From positions 53,635-117,634 of the forward strand of contig JBFHAT010000002.1 in NCBI GenBank assembly GCA_041586155.1: DNA of 64,000 bases. Direction: 5' to 3'. Numbering within the stretch: the stretch's first letter is position 1; every line of letters begins with the position of its first letter. The notes beneath the pieces were generated by a model. It did no database searches, was not told where the DNA came from, and saw only the letters and a program-made list of their open reading frames with translations. The translations under genes and the position numbers were made by a program. This stretch comes from Acidimicrobiia bacterium. Lineage in GTDB: Bacteria > Actinomycetota > Acidimicrobiia > Spongiisociales > JAENVV01. Of this stretch, positions 18,569-27,580 are shown piece by piece.

Positions 18569-20962
18569 TCAGCGCCGCCTGAATGGCCGCAGCGCTCGCT
18601 TGACCACCGATCGAGGATTCCACCAGCCCAGCACACGCCGCGGCCAGCTGACGGTGGCGTGAAGCGTCCGTTCGGTTTCGTGGAACGCTTCGGAGCTCTC
18701 GCGGATCATGGTGGCCGTCACCTTCCCTGACTCGCTCCAAAGCTGCTCTCCGTAGTGTGCGGCCAGCGCTTCCATCTGGGGGAGCGACGCTGCCGCGAAC
18801 TCCTGGGGCGTGACCATCTCCGGGATGCGCCACACGCCGACGTCACGCAGCTGGTCCGTGACTTCGTTCCACGCGGCCTCGATGTCGCCGTTGAGGAGCC
18901 GGCGGAGCCGCCAGCGACGGCGAATCCATTTGACCGCAGGCACCAACACCAGCACGACTGAGCTGGCCGGGATCCGCCACCACCACTCGGGAAGCCTGAC
19001 GGGGCCCACGCCCACTTGTCCGGGCGTCACCGCGTTGGCGCCCTCGAGTTGCGCTTCTCGAGCGGCCAGCAACTCGGGGATGGGGATGTTGGGCAGGCCG
19101 TCGTCAACTCCGGGGAGGCCGCTGGGCAGCTCGGCAAGCGGATCGTCGGGGGCCGGGAGTGCGTAGTCGGACGGATCGAACGCCAGCAGCGACGTCGTGC
19201 CGGGATTCACGCCGTCTCCTCGAGGCGTCGGATCGAACTGCACCCAGCCGTGGTTGTCGATCCACAGTTCCACCCATGCGTGGGCGTTCTTCTGACGGAC
19301 CGTGATGAGGCCGTCGTCGGTCACCTCGCCGGGCGTGAAGCCCAGGACCACTCGCGCAGGAATGCCGATCGCCCTGGCCATCACCGCCATCCCGGTTGCG
19401 AACTGCTCGCAGTATCCCGTGCGAAAGTTGGCCGATTCCGGGTCGAACAGCCAGGCCGCCAGATCGGTGGCGGAATGGCCCGGCTCGATGTCGACGGAAT
19501 AGAGGAACTCGCGAGGGCTGCGGTAAAAGGCCTCGAGCAGTAGGCCACGCTCGAAGTCGGTCACACCCAGCTCGGTGACCTCGACGGCCTTGTCGACGAT
19601 CCGTTCGTCGAGCGTGGCGGGTAGATCGACGTATACCGAGATGTTCTGAGGTCGGCTGCGCTGTTCACGAAGAGCGGATGGCGTTCCGGCGAACTGGCCG
19701 TCATTGGCGGCGAGCTGGAACATCGGAGAGAACTCCCCGTCTTCCGAAGCAAGCTCCGTCAGCGGATCATCGGGAACGACCGAGCGGACGGTGTACTCCA
19801 GGCCTTCCGAGGTGAGCGCATCGAACTTGATGGCGCCGTCTTCGCGTATCCGGTAGCTCTCGGCGAGGATCCGGTTGTCGGTGGCGATGTCGATGGGGGA
19901 GTACACGTGCGGGATGTAGTTCTGTTGCAGCGAGAGGATCCTGATCCGTTGATCGATCACCTGGGTGTTGCCTTGGTACGTGTGATCGTCGCGCTCCCAG
20001 CGGCCAACGTCGGCAGGCTCGCCCGTCCCGAGTACCCCGGGAAACCAGTTGGTGCCGTCGTATCGCTCCAGCGTGATGAGGCGCCAGAAAGTGCGCCTGG
20101 CCCCATCCGGATCCGAGGTGCGGGCGATGAACACCGGTTCCTCGCTCAGCGAGATGAGGTCCGTCTGAATCGTCGACACGAACAGGTTGTAGGACACGCC
20201 GCCGTAGATGCCGGTGCCGATCCCCGACCGAGACCTCCAGTCGAGTAGGCCACTGGCGGGAACCATCGTGGCGACCGTCAGTGCCACCACGGTGACCACG
20301 CCGACCAGCGCGGCCAGGTATCCCAGCGATCGGCTCATGGCGGTCCGCCGCAACAAGGCGCCCGAGCGGGCGTGGAGGCGGCCCGTCGAACGGCGACGCT
20401 CGTCGATCTCGGTGACGAGCAGGGCCAACGCGATCATGACCAGGAAGGCAGCGATCCACCGCGGCCCCGACGGAGTGCGGTCGATGGTGGCGAGCTGGAG
20501 GTAGAGGACGGAGGGTCCGACGATGGCCAGGAGCGCCCGGCTGCGGTCCAACGTCCAGGCTGCGATGGCCCCGAACAGCCAGAAGAGACCTCCGAGCGCG
20601 CCGATCAGCCCTGACACCGGCAAGACAGGAGCAGTGCCGAAACGGAGCAGCTCGAGCGCGAAGCCCAGCTCCTCGGACAGCACCGGGATGGTGGCCGCAG
20701 TCGGCAGGACCCCCCAGGTGGTGCCGGGAGCCAGATACGTGACCAATACCAAACCGACGGCCACGAGATTGATGCCGAGGATCAAGAGGAGTGAACGGCG
20801 GTATGCGGCGATCGTCCAGGTCAGGAGCATGCCGAGCAAAAAGCCTCCCGCCACCAGGAAAGGCCACTGCGTCGAGGCATCGAATCGAATGAGACGCGTC
20901 ATTCGGACGATCGGCAGCGCCGCCGCCAGCAGGGCCGTCAGGAGGCCGAGGCGGATGACCAT
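18569..20962 (-). CDS. Transglutaminase-like (TgpA-type) membrane protein
   Basis: N-terminal polytopic DUF3488-like region, transglutaminase core (GYCEQFATGMAVMARAIGIPARVVLGF...HAWVELW), C-terminal DUF4129-like region. ATG at 20962 overlaps the DUF58 stop by 25 nt; 20998 or 20902 are alternative starts. Confidence 0.75.
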   Translation of the reverse strand: MVIRLGLLTALLAAALPIVRMTRLIRFDASTQWPFLVAGGFLLGMLLTWTIAAYRRSLLLILGINLVAVGLVLVTYLAPGTTWGVLPTAATIPVLSEELGFALELLRFGTAPVLPVSGLIGALGGLFWLFGAIAAWTLDRSRALLAIVGPSVLYLQLATIDRTPSGPRWIAAFLVMIALALLVTEIDERRRSTGRLHARSGALLRRTAMSRSLGYLAALVGVVTVVALTVATMVPASGLLDWRSRSGIGTGIYGGVSYNLFVSTIQTDLISLSEEPVFIARTSDPDGARRTFWRLITLERYDGTNWFPGVLGTGEPADVGRWERDDHTYQGNTQVIDQRIRILSLQQNYIPHVYSPIDIATDNRILAESYRIREDGAIKFDALTSEGLEYTVRSVVPDDPLTELASEDGEFSPMFQLAANDGQFAGTPSALREQRSRPQNISVYVDLPATLDERIVDKAVEVTELGVTDFERGLLLEAFYRSPREFLYSVDIEPGHSATDLAAWLFDPESANFRTGYCEQFATGMAVMARAIGIPARVVLGFTPGEVTDDGLITVRQKNAHAWVELWIDNHGWVQFDPTPRGDGVNPGTTSLLAFDPSDYALPAPDDPLAELPSGLPGVDDGLPNIPIPELLAAREAQLEGANAVTPGQVGVGPVRLPEWWWRIPASSVVLVLVPAVKWIRRRWRLRRLLNGDIEAAWNEVTDQLRDVGVWRIPEMVTPQEFAAASLPQMEALAAHYGEQLWSESGKVTATMIRESSEAFHETERTLHATVSWPRRVLGWWNPRSVVKRALRPFRRR

Positions 20963-22122
20963 GATTTGTCCATTGCCCGGCCCCACGCCGCTGCCCACGG
21001 CTCGCCGGTGCCGACCTGTACGGCGGTCACTCCCACCCGACGCATCGCGTCGGTGACCTCACTGTGATGATCGGACGCGGACAGGAACAGCGCAGTGCGA
21101 TAGTTGGCGGTCAACACCCGGTGGGCCGCCATGAGATCGGAGTCCGGTTCTCCGCCCACGAGGATGAGCGTGCCGCCGCGGCCGGCCCTTTGGATGCGGG
21201 CTGCTGCCGCGGCGAGATCGAAGCGGCGAACCGGCTGGACATCGGCCAGCGTCTCCATGGCGGCGATGTAGTGACCGACCGTTCGTCGACCGAGCAGCTG
21301 CTCGCCGGCCCACAATTCGGCGTCGTAGCCGTGATGGTGGAGATGGTGGATCACCGAAGCAGCTCCCCGTACCGCCTGCTCGAACAGCTGGCCGCCGGGA
21401 TACGACGTGTTGCGCGTGTCGAGGAGCACGAGCGCTCGAGACTGCCAGGGGGTTTCCATCTGGCGGATCATCAGCCGGTCGCGCTTGGCCGAGCTGGGCC
21501 AGTGCACTCGGCGGAGATCATCACCGATCTCGTAGTCGCGGATCGCGAAGAAGTCCTCCCCACCCGATTGGGTGAATTCGGGCCGGGCCGCCAAGTTGGT
21601 GGGGTCCCGGCCTTGGGCGCGGGGGAAGCCCTGCAACGACTCGACCGCCGGATAGACGACGAGGGTGTCACGGGGACCGACGGCGCCGCCGGATCTCGTC
21701 AACCGAAAGGGGTCGGATGTCCAGATGCGGGCCGGTCCCACCTCGAAGCGGCCGCGTGGACGGCACAAGATCTGGTACGACGCCACCGCTGGGGAGGCCT
21801 TGCTGATCTTTGCCGTCACGAATCGAGCCGAGCCCAGCCCCGAGACGTGGTCCTCCACGACCGGGTTCCACAGCCCGAGCCGGGAACTGCTCGTGATCGT
21901 GGTTTCCACCATCGCCACATCCCCTTCACGCACCACCGTCGGCGCCAGGTGCCTGGTCACGGTCACTTGGGGGCGGTTCAAGCGCACGAATGCCCAGCCC
22001 ACGGCGATCGCTCCCAGCAAGAGAAGGGCGCTACTGAACAGCTCGAGCTCACCGAGGCCGAGCCAGAGGATTCCCAGCGCGAGGGCGAGCCCGAACGCGA
22101 TCCAACCGCGTTCGGTGAGCAT
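20938..22122 (-). CDS. DUF58-family protein (VWA-like, MoxR partner)
   Basis: N-terminal 2 TM helices then a DUF58 region (DFFAIRDYEIGDDLRRVHWPSSAKRDRLMIRQ). ATGA overlap with MoxR. Confidence 0.8.
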   Translation of the reverse strand: MLTERGWIAFGLALALGILWLGLGELELFSSALLLLGAIAVGWAFVRLNRPQVTVTRHLAPTVVREGDVAMVETTITSSSRLGLWNPVVEDHVSGLGSARFVTAKISKASPAVASYQILCRPRGRFEVGPARIWTSDPFRLTRSGGAVGPRDTLVVYPAVESLQGFPRAQGRDPTNLAARPEFTQSGGEDFFAIRDYEIGDDLRRVHWPSSAKRDRLMIRQMETPWQSRALVLLDTRNTSYPGGQLFEQAVRGAASVIHHLHHHGYDAELWAGEQLLGRRTVGHYIAAMETLADVQPVRRFDLAAAAARIQRAGRGGTLILVGGEPDSDLMAAHRVLTANYRTALFLSASDHHSEVTDAMRRVGVTAVQVGTGEPWAAAWGRAMDKSWSSASAS

Positions 22123-23186
22123 CAGTCGGAATCCCGCCCGGGGATCGGAAGCTGGTCGAGGATCGCTGCGATCACCTCGCGTACCGATGTCCCTCGCATG
22201 GTGGCTTCCGGCCGAAGGGCCATACGGTGGGCAAGCACCGGCTCTGCGAGTGACTTCACGTCATCGGGCGTCACGTAGTCGCGACCCTCCTTGGCTGCCC
22301 ACACCCGGCACACTCGTTGCATGAACAGCGCTGAGCGCGGCGAGGCTCCGAGCAAGATCTCCCCGTGCTGTCGGGTGGCTTCGATCAGATCGACGATGTA
22401 TCCCTTGACGCCCTCGGCCACGTGTACGGTCCGAGCCGCTTCGATCATGTCCCGGACTTCCTCGGCGCCCACCACCGGCTCGAGCTTGTCGAACACCGAT
22501 GCGGTTCCATGGGTATCGAGGATTTCGAGCGTGTGCTCGCGATCCGGATAGCCGATGACGAGGCGCATCATGAACCGGTCGAGCTGGGCTTCGGGCAAGG
22601 GATACGTGCCTTCGTGCTCGAGGGGGTTCTGAGTAGCAACGACCATGAACGGCGGGGGCAGAGGCCTGGTCACCCCATCCGAGGTGACCTGACGTTCGGC
22701 CATGGCTTCCAGTAGGGCCGACTGCGTCTTGGGGCTGGCGCGGTTGATCTCGTCCCCCACGACGATGTTGGCGAAGATGGCACCCGGCTTGAACTCGAAC
22801 GCCGCGAGCTGACGGTTCCACACCGAGACGCCGGTGATGTCGCTCGGGAGCAGGTCGGGCGTGAACTGGACCCGCTGGAACTCGCAGTCGATCGAACGAG
22901 CCAGGCTCTTCGCCAGCTGGGTTTTGCCCACTCCCGGAACGTCCTCGATCAAGAGGTGGCCTTCTGCCAGCAGACAAGCGATCGTGAGATCGATGACGGA
23001 TCGCTTGCCTTGGATCACGTGCTCGATATTGTCACCGACCGCTGAGAATCGACTGGTGAACTCGTCGAGCGCAACGAAAACGCTGGCGGTCGTCAAGGCG
23101 CAGAACTCCTTCGGAATGGGTCCGACCAGCCTATCAAAGACTCTGAAACACGCATCCCGCGTGGTCGCTTGCCCGACGGTCGCCAC
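22122..23186 (-). CDS. MoxR-like AAA+ ATPase
   Basis: Walker A GVGKT; Walker B DEINRASPKTQSALLEAM; MoxR C-terminal lid. Start uncertain. Confidence 0.85.
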   Translation of the reverse strand: MATVGQATTRDACFRVFDRLVGPIPKEFCALTTASVFVALDEFTSRFSAVGDNIEHVIQGKRSVIDLTIACLLAEGHLLIEDVPGVGKTQLAKSLARSIDCEFQRVQFTPDLLPSDITGVSVWNRQLAAFEFKPGAIFANIVVGDEINRASPKTQSALLEAMAERQVTSDGVTRPLPPPFMVVATQNPLEHEGTYPLPEAQLDRFMMRLVIGYPDREHTLEILDTHGTASVFDKLEPVVGAEEVRDMIEAARTVHVAEGVKGYIVDLIEATRQHGEILLGASPRSALFMQRVCRVWAAKEGRDYVTPDDVKSLAEPVLAHRMALRPEATMRGTSVREVIAAILDQLPIPGRDSD

Positions 23187-23221
23187 CGTATACTCGCCTC
23201 GGTCGGTTTGGAGGAGGGCGA

Positions 23222-23446
23222 GTGCTGAAGGAGGCGATCTGGCCGGTCGTCCGTCGTCCGGGCACTTGGCCGGAAGCTGTCAGGTTGGCACTGTCCGTAC
23301 GTCGGCGCGGCGGAATGGGTCCAGGTGAGGACTATGTCCGCTGGCGAACCTCCACGGCGTATGGAAGTCCCGACGCCGAAATCGATCCCGACGATCTCAT
23401 CGCCTTGCTCCGTTGGCGTCGGCGCCAGAGGAGCATCGTTCGATGA
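23222..23446 (+). CDS. Hypothetical small protein, 74 aa, Arg/Trp-rich
   Basis: GTG start. Its stop overlaps the next ATG (ATGA). No recognisable domain. Confidence 0.3.
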   Translation: MLKEAIWPVVRRPGTWPEAVRLALSVRRRGGMGPGEDYVRWRTSTAYGSPDAEIDPDDLIALLRWRRRQRSIVR

Positions 23447-24048
23447 CGCTCGAGAGCGACCTGCTGCGGGTCGAGGGCGTGCGCAACGCTTCGGTGACGG
23501 TCGAGCCCGACGGCCCGCTCGGAATCCGCATCGAAGTCGACGACCGGGCTGATCGGGACGATGTGGCCCAGGCCGTGCGAGCTGTGCTCGAAGCCCGAGG
23601 CCTGAGTGCCGCCTTCGCCTCCGCGAAGGAATCGAGCGGTGCTCGACCGTCCCAGGCCGCGTCGGCGGTGACCTCGAGTCCACCGGTCCGCGAGCGTCCT
23701 CCGGCGGCGGATCGACATCGGATTGGGCTCGGATCGGTGGCGATCGCCGAGAGCGATCGTGGTGTTGAGCTGGCGGTTCGGATGGTGGATGGTCGGCGGG
23801 CGACTCGCCGCTGCGCCGGGAGGGACCACGCAGTTTGGCAGTGCCTCGCCGAGATGCTGTACGACCTGGGCGACCGGGCGACGGCGCGGCCCTACGTTCA
23901 GGCTGTCGACTGGCTCACTGTCGACGGTACACCGATCGTCACCGTCGTGGTCGACGTTGGTGATGGCCACCGACGGATCGGTGCGGCGCCGGTAAGGGCG
24001 ACACGCGGGCTGGCGGTGGGCAAGGCGATCTGGTCGGCGCTGGGCTGA
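23443..24048 (+). CDS. Hypothetical protein, 201 aa
   Basis: ATG at 23443, coupled to the upstream small ORF. No recognisable domain. Ends 1 nt before the convergent recombinase-like gene. Confidence 0.4.
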   Translation: MTLESDLLRVEGVRNASVTVEPDGPLGIRIEVDDRADRDDVAQAVRAVLEARGLSAAFASAKESSGARPSQAASAVTSSPPVRERPPAADRHRIGLGSVAIAESDRGVELAVRMVDGRRATRRCAGRDHAVWQCLAEMLYDLGDRATARPYVQAVDWLTVDGTPIVTVVVDVGDGHRRIGAAPVRATRGLAVGKAIWSALG

Positions 24049-24573
24049 TCAGGCGGTCGCTTGGCGCAGCCGGCGAAAGGTGTGTTCATCGACGAGCTCG
24101 ACGATGACGTCGGGTGCTGGTTCCGGCCTCGTGGAAACGGGCGCCATGCCGGCGGGGTCGTCGAGCCAGCTGCCGACTGCGACGGCCCGATCGAGCACCG
24201 TCCGAATGAATCGCCGGGCCGGGTCGCTCGGCTGAGCCGACAACGCGTCCACGTCTGCCTCCTCGGTCGATGCCACGGCGACTCCCGTCGACCGCAGCTG
24301 ATGAAGGATGATCTCCTGCACCACTTTGTCGGCCGACAACGCTTCCAGTGTCGGCACAACGACCAGATCCGCCTGGCGAGAGCGAACCATGACGAGCATC
24401 GCACGCAGTCCCTCGCGAGCTGCCGTCGGGTCGCCCGGCATCATGTCCTGGCAGACGGCGAGGAGACGATAGCCTCGCGATGCCACCCAACGGCGCACAC
24501 GCTCGGCCTGCATGAACGACGTGTCCGTATGATCTCGGCCGGGTGACTCTCGGACGTATGCGACGACGCGCAA
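24049..24573 (-). CDS. Serine-recombinase (resolvase) catalytic-domain protein lacking a DNA-binding domain
   Basis: N-terminal VVAYVRESPG matches the Y-x-R-x-S resolvase catalytic motif. Downstream spacing matches the resolvase N-domain (LVVVPTLEALSAD ... GVAVASTEE). Only 174 aa, with no HTH or large-recombinase C-terminus. TTG start. Confidence 0.55.
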   Translation of the reverse strand: MRVVAYVRESPGRDHTDTSFMQAERVRRWVASRGYRLLAVCQDMMPGDPTAAREGLRAMLVMVRSRQADLVVVPTLEALSADKVVQEIILHQLRSTGVAVASTEEADVDALSAQPSDPARRFIRTVLDRAVAVGSWLDDPAGMAPVSTRPEPAPDVIVELVDEHTFRRLRQATA

Positions 24574-24820
24574 AGGGGGCTTCTCTCGTCAGACTGCGGC
24601 GATTGTGGCACCGGATCGTTGCAGGGCCAAGTATGGGTTGGGGCCACCCCACGGCGCCGATTTCGTCACTGCTGGTGGTAACGTCATCGCCGGACTGCGT
24701 CCGATCATCACAGAGCGGGCGCTGGGAGCGGAACCGTCGTCGAGGTCCGCCCCGCCCAGGAACGAGGAACGCTCCACGGCCTCGCGGTTGTGGGGTCACA
24801 CGAGCGGAGGATGGACCACG

Positions 24821-25324
24821 GTGCGACGTGCACTCGTGTTGAACGCCACCTACGAACCGTTGTCGGTCGTGAGCGCACGCCGGGCGACGGTCTTGGTGCT
24901 GCGGGACAAGGCCGTCCTGCTCGAGTCGCAGGACTCGGCCTTCCACTCCGAACGGCTCGTCATCGATGTGCCGTCTGTCGTGCGGCTCATTCGCTACGTC
25001 CGGGTGCCATACGGCCGTTCCGTTCCCCTGACGCGCAACGCCGTGTTCGCCCGTGACGACCATGAGTGCCAGTACTGCGCTGCGCCGGCCGAGTCGATCG
25101 ATCATGTCGTGCCACGTTCGCGAGGCGGTAGTCACACGTGGGACAACGTCGTCGCCGCCTGTCGGCGCTGCAACCTGCGCAAAGGCGCACGGCTCCCGGA
25201 GGAAGCGGGCTTCAGGCTGACGAGGACACCTCAACAGCCGACACGCCATGGATGGGTGTACGCCAGAGCGGGCCCACAGGTGGACCCGCTCTGGCAGTCG
25301 TACCTATACGCCGAGTCGGCGTGA
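24821..25324 (+). CDS. HNH endonuclease
   Basis: HNH motif HECQYCAAPAESIDHVVPRSRGGSHTWDNVVAACRRCNLRKG. GTG at 24821 is preceded by GGAGG; the upstream part of the track ORF is junk. Confidence 0.7.
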   Translation: MRRALVLNATYEPLSVVSARRATVLVLRDKAVLLESQDSAFHSERLVIDVPSVVRLIRYVRVPYGRSVPLTRNAVFARDDHECQYCAAPAESIDHVVPRSRGGSHTWDNVVAACRRCNLRKGARLPEEAGFRLTRTPQQPTRHGWVYARAGPQVDPLWQSYLYAESA

Positions 25325-25350
25325 GAGAGTGGTGCGATCTCTCCCGGTAC

Positions 25351-26628
25351 TCATGTTCCGCCGCTTCCGGAAATGGTGTCACCGGTGTCCTCGGTGACCT
25401 CTTCGGCGGGGACCCTGAGATCCAGCAGCTTCCTCTGGGGTTCCCTGGTGCCGAGTTCGACGCTCGGCGTGGCGATGCCGCATGACGGGTTCTTGGCCTC
25501 TTCTGGCGTGTCGGTGAAGTTGACGGCTTCGGTCAGGTCCAGCCAGACGGGGTCGGCGTCGGTCGGCAGCAGATAGACCGCAGCCGGTGGCTCGAGCACG
25601 TCGGCGAGTCGACTGTCGCGGGCGGCGACGAACAGAGAAGAGATCGAGGCGTTGCGAACCTGGGGTGGGACCAGGTTGAACTCGGGTCCTGGCCGCTGGT
25701 TCATTACCTCCAACCGGATGAGGTCCTCTTCGAGTTCGTTCAGCCGGCTGGCGAAGGCCGAGAAGTTGACGATATCGCTGGTGCCTTGATCGACGAGACC
25801 CACACTGAAGCTGTGTTTCGAAGACGTTCCGTCTCGCCATACAGCGATCATCGGCACGTCCGGGTATTGGACTGCCGGGAACGGGCGCTCGACGACGTCA
25901 CTGTTGTCGACTTCGAAGACGACCTCGCTGGATGTGGCGCTGTGCACGAGGTCGGCAAGGCCGCAAGCGACCGTGCCCTTCCTGGCGAGACGCAGCGTCA
26001 AGGCATCGTCCCATGTGATGGCATCGCCCAGTCCGGCCTCGACGGCACCGGCGGGCGCGTCCCAGCCCTGCAGAGGGCGCGGCGTGGACAGCAGATCCCA
26101 CTCGGCCACGACGAATCCATCCCATACGGCCTGCATCGTCAGGTCGCTGCTCTGCTCGCTCGACGCTTCGAAGCCCAGGGTCCAGTGCGCGGGGATCCCG
26201 GCGGGAATGCTCGACAGGTTCGAGGCCGCAACGGCCATTCGATATGGATCGGAACGATCGAGCTGCTGGATGACGCCCTCGTCGTCCACGAGTTGAAGAG
26301 AGGGGTAGCCCGGCTCACCGCTCAGCGCGACGGGCGAGAACGGCAAGGGCTCGTCGCCCCGGTTCTGGAAGGCCACGGCGACTCGGATGTCGTTGAAGTC
26401 GGTTCGAAGGACGGACGGAACGATGAGCACGTCCTGGACCTCGAGGGCGAACGCGTCGCCGACGAAGCGCTCACCCAGCGCCAGGCTCTGGATCTCCGGG
26501 GGGGCGACCGGCTCGTCCTGTTCTTCTTGAAAGGCGGCGTTGACCGGCACCGGTCGGGCCGCAGCAACGGGTAGCGCTGCGAATGCGACGGCCGCAGCCA
26601 CCGCGAGCAGCATGATCTTGCGCACCAT
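25351..26628 (-). CDS. Secreted hypothetical protein
   Basis: Sec signal peptide (MVRKIMLLAVAAAVAFAALPVAAARP). 425 aa, no recognised domain. Divergent from mraZ. Confidence 0.55.
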   Translation of the reverse strand: MVRKIMLLAVAAAVAFAALPVAAARPVPVNAAFQEEQDEPVAPPEIQSLALGERFVGDAFALEVQDVLIVPSVLRTDFNDIRVAVAFQNRGDEPLPFSPVALSGEPGYPSLQLVDDEGVIQQLDRSDPYRMAVAASNLSSIPAGIPAHWTLGFEASSEQSSDLTMQAVWDGFVVAEWDLLSTPRPLQGWDAPAGAVEAGLGDAITWDDALTLRLARKGTVACGLADLVHSATSSEVVFEVDNSDVVERPFPAVQYPDVPMIAVWRDGTSSKHSFSVGLVDQGTSDIVNFSAFASRLNELEEDLIRLEVMNQRPGPEFNLVPPQVRNASISSLFVAARDSRLADVLEPPAAVYLLPTDADPVWLDLTEAVNFTDTPEEAKNPSCGIATPSVELGTREPQRKLLDLRVPAEEVTEDTGDTISGSGGT

Positions 26629-26925
26629 TGTCTTGCATCTCCTACCTTGCGTGACAGCTGGATGCCGTGTGGACCTTCAATCGTCGCAGATCGATCCGCC
26701 CATGAGCGATTTGTTACGTTGTTTGTGAATACTCGACACGTAATTACAACCGTGTGGTTCAGCGGTGCTGGCAACGTCGCACATCGTCGAGGAGACCGGC
26801 GTTTTCCCCATCTGGTCGGAGACATCGCCGCCCGGCAGGTGCGGTTCGCCTCGGAGCCTGGGGTCGACGAGGGTCTCGGCCCGCCTCGCCAAGTTTTTTG
26901 GAGGTGCGGGGAAAAATGGTTCAAG

Positions 26926-26972
26926 GTGGTTGACATGTGGGTCGATGTGGTGCAAAGTGGGGCGTCGTGGAG
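26926..26972 (+). promoter_or_regulatory. mraZ/dcw promoter region with MraZ-box-like direct repeats
   Basis: GTGGT-N6-GTGGG-N5-GTGGT-N5-GTGGG-N5-GTGGA: five GTGGN repeats with about 10-bp phasing. They overlap or follow a perfect TTGACA hexamer near 26930. About 80-120 nt upstream of the mraZ start. Confidence 0.55.
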
Positions 26973-27047
26973 GGAACCACGGTCGCACCGCCAGGACGAC
27001 CTGTCCTACGAGATGGACGACGACATGGATGACAAGGACACCACAAC

Positions 27048-27479
27048 GTGCTGCTCGGCGAGTACAACCACACGCTGGACCCCAAGGGCCGGCTCGTGCT
27101 GCCCTCCAAGTTCCGTGAGGACCTCGCCGACGGCTGCGTCATCACGAAGGGACAGGAGCGTTGCCTCTACGTCTTTCCACTCACGCAGTGGGAGATCGAG
27201 GAGGCCCGCGTGAGAGCTTTGCCCCGCACGGATCAGCGCGCTCGCCGCTACAGCCGAGCCTTCTTCGCCAGCGCCGACAGCCAAGGCCAGGACAAGCAAG
27301 GCAGGGTCCAGGTCAACCAGAAGCTTCGTGATTATGCCGGGTTGCAGAAAGAAGTGACGATCGTCGGGGTGTCCGATCGCCTCGAGATATGGGACACGGC
27401 AACGTGGGATCGGCTCCAAACGGAAGCCGACGAGTACTACGCAGGCATCGAGGAGGCGTTCAGCGAATACGGAATCTGA
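27048..27479 (+). CDS. mraZ: Transcriptional regulator MraZ
   Basis: Two MraZ repeats, each with the DPKGR/DxQGR motif (LDPKGRLVLP ... DSQGQDKQGRVQV). GTG start. Confidence 0.9.
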   Translation: MLLGEYNHTLDPKGRLVLPSKFREDLADGCVITKGQERCLYVFPLTQWEIEEARVRALPRTDQRARRYSRAFFASADSQGQDKQGRVQVNQKLRDYAGLQKEVTIVGVSDRLEIWDTATWDRLQTEADEYYAGIEEAFSEYGI

Positions 27480-27580
27480 CGGCGGCGATGACGGGTTCAT
27501 TGCCAGCCCCCCGGTTACCAGATTGGAAGGCCCCTTACTCCGCCCGCTTCCGTTTGGTGCCAGCGCCCGGGGGGCTGGCA

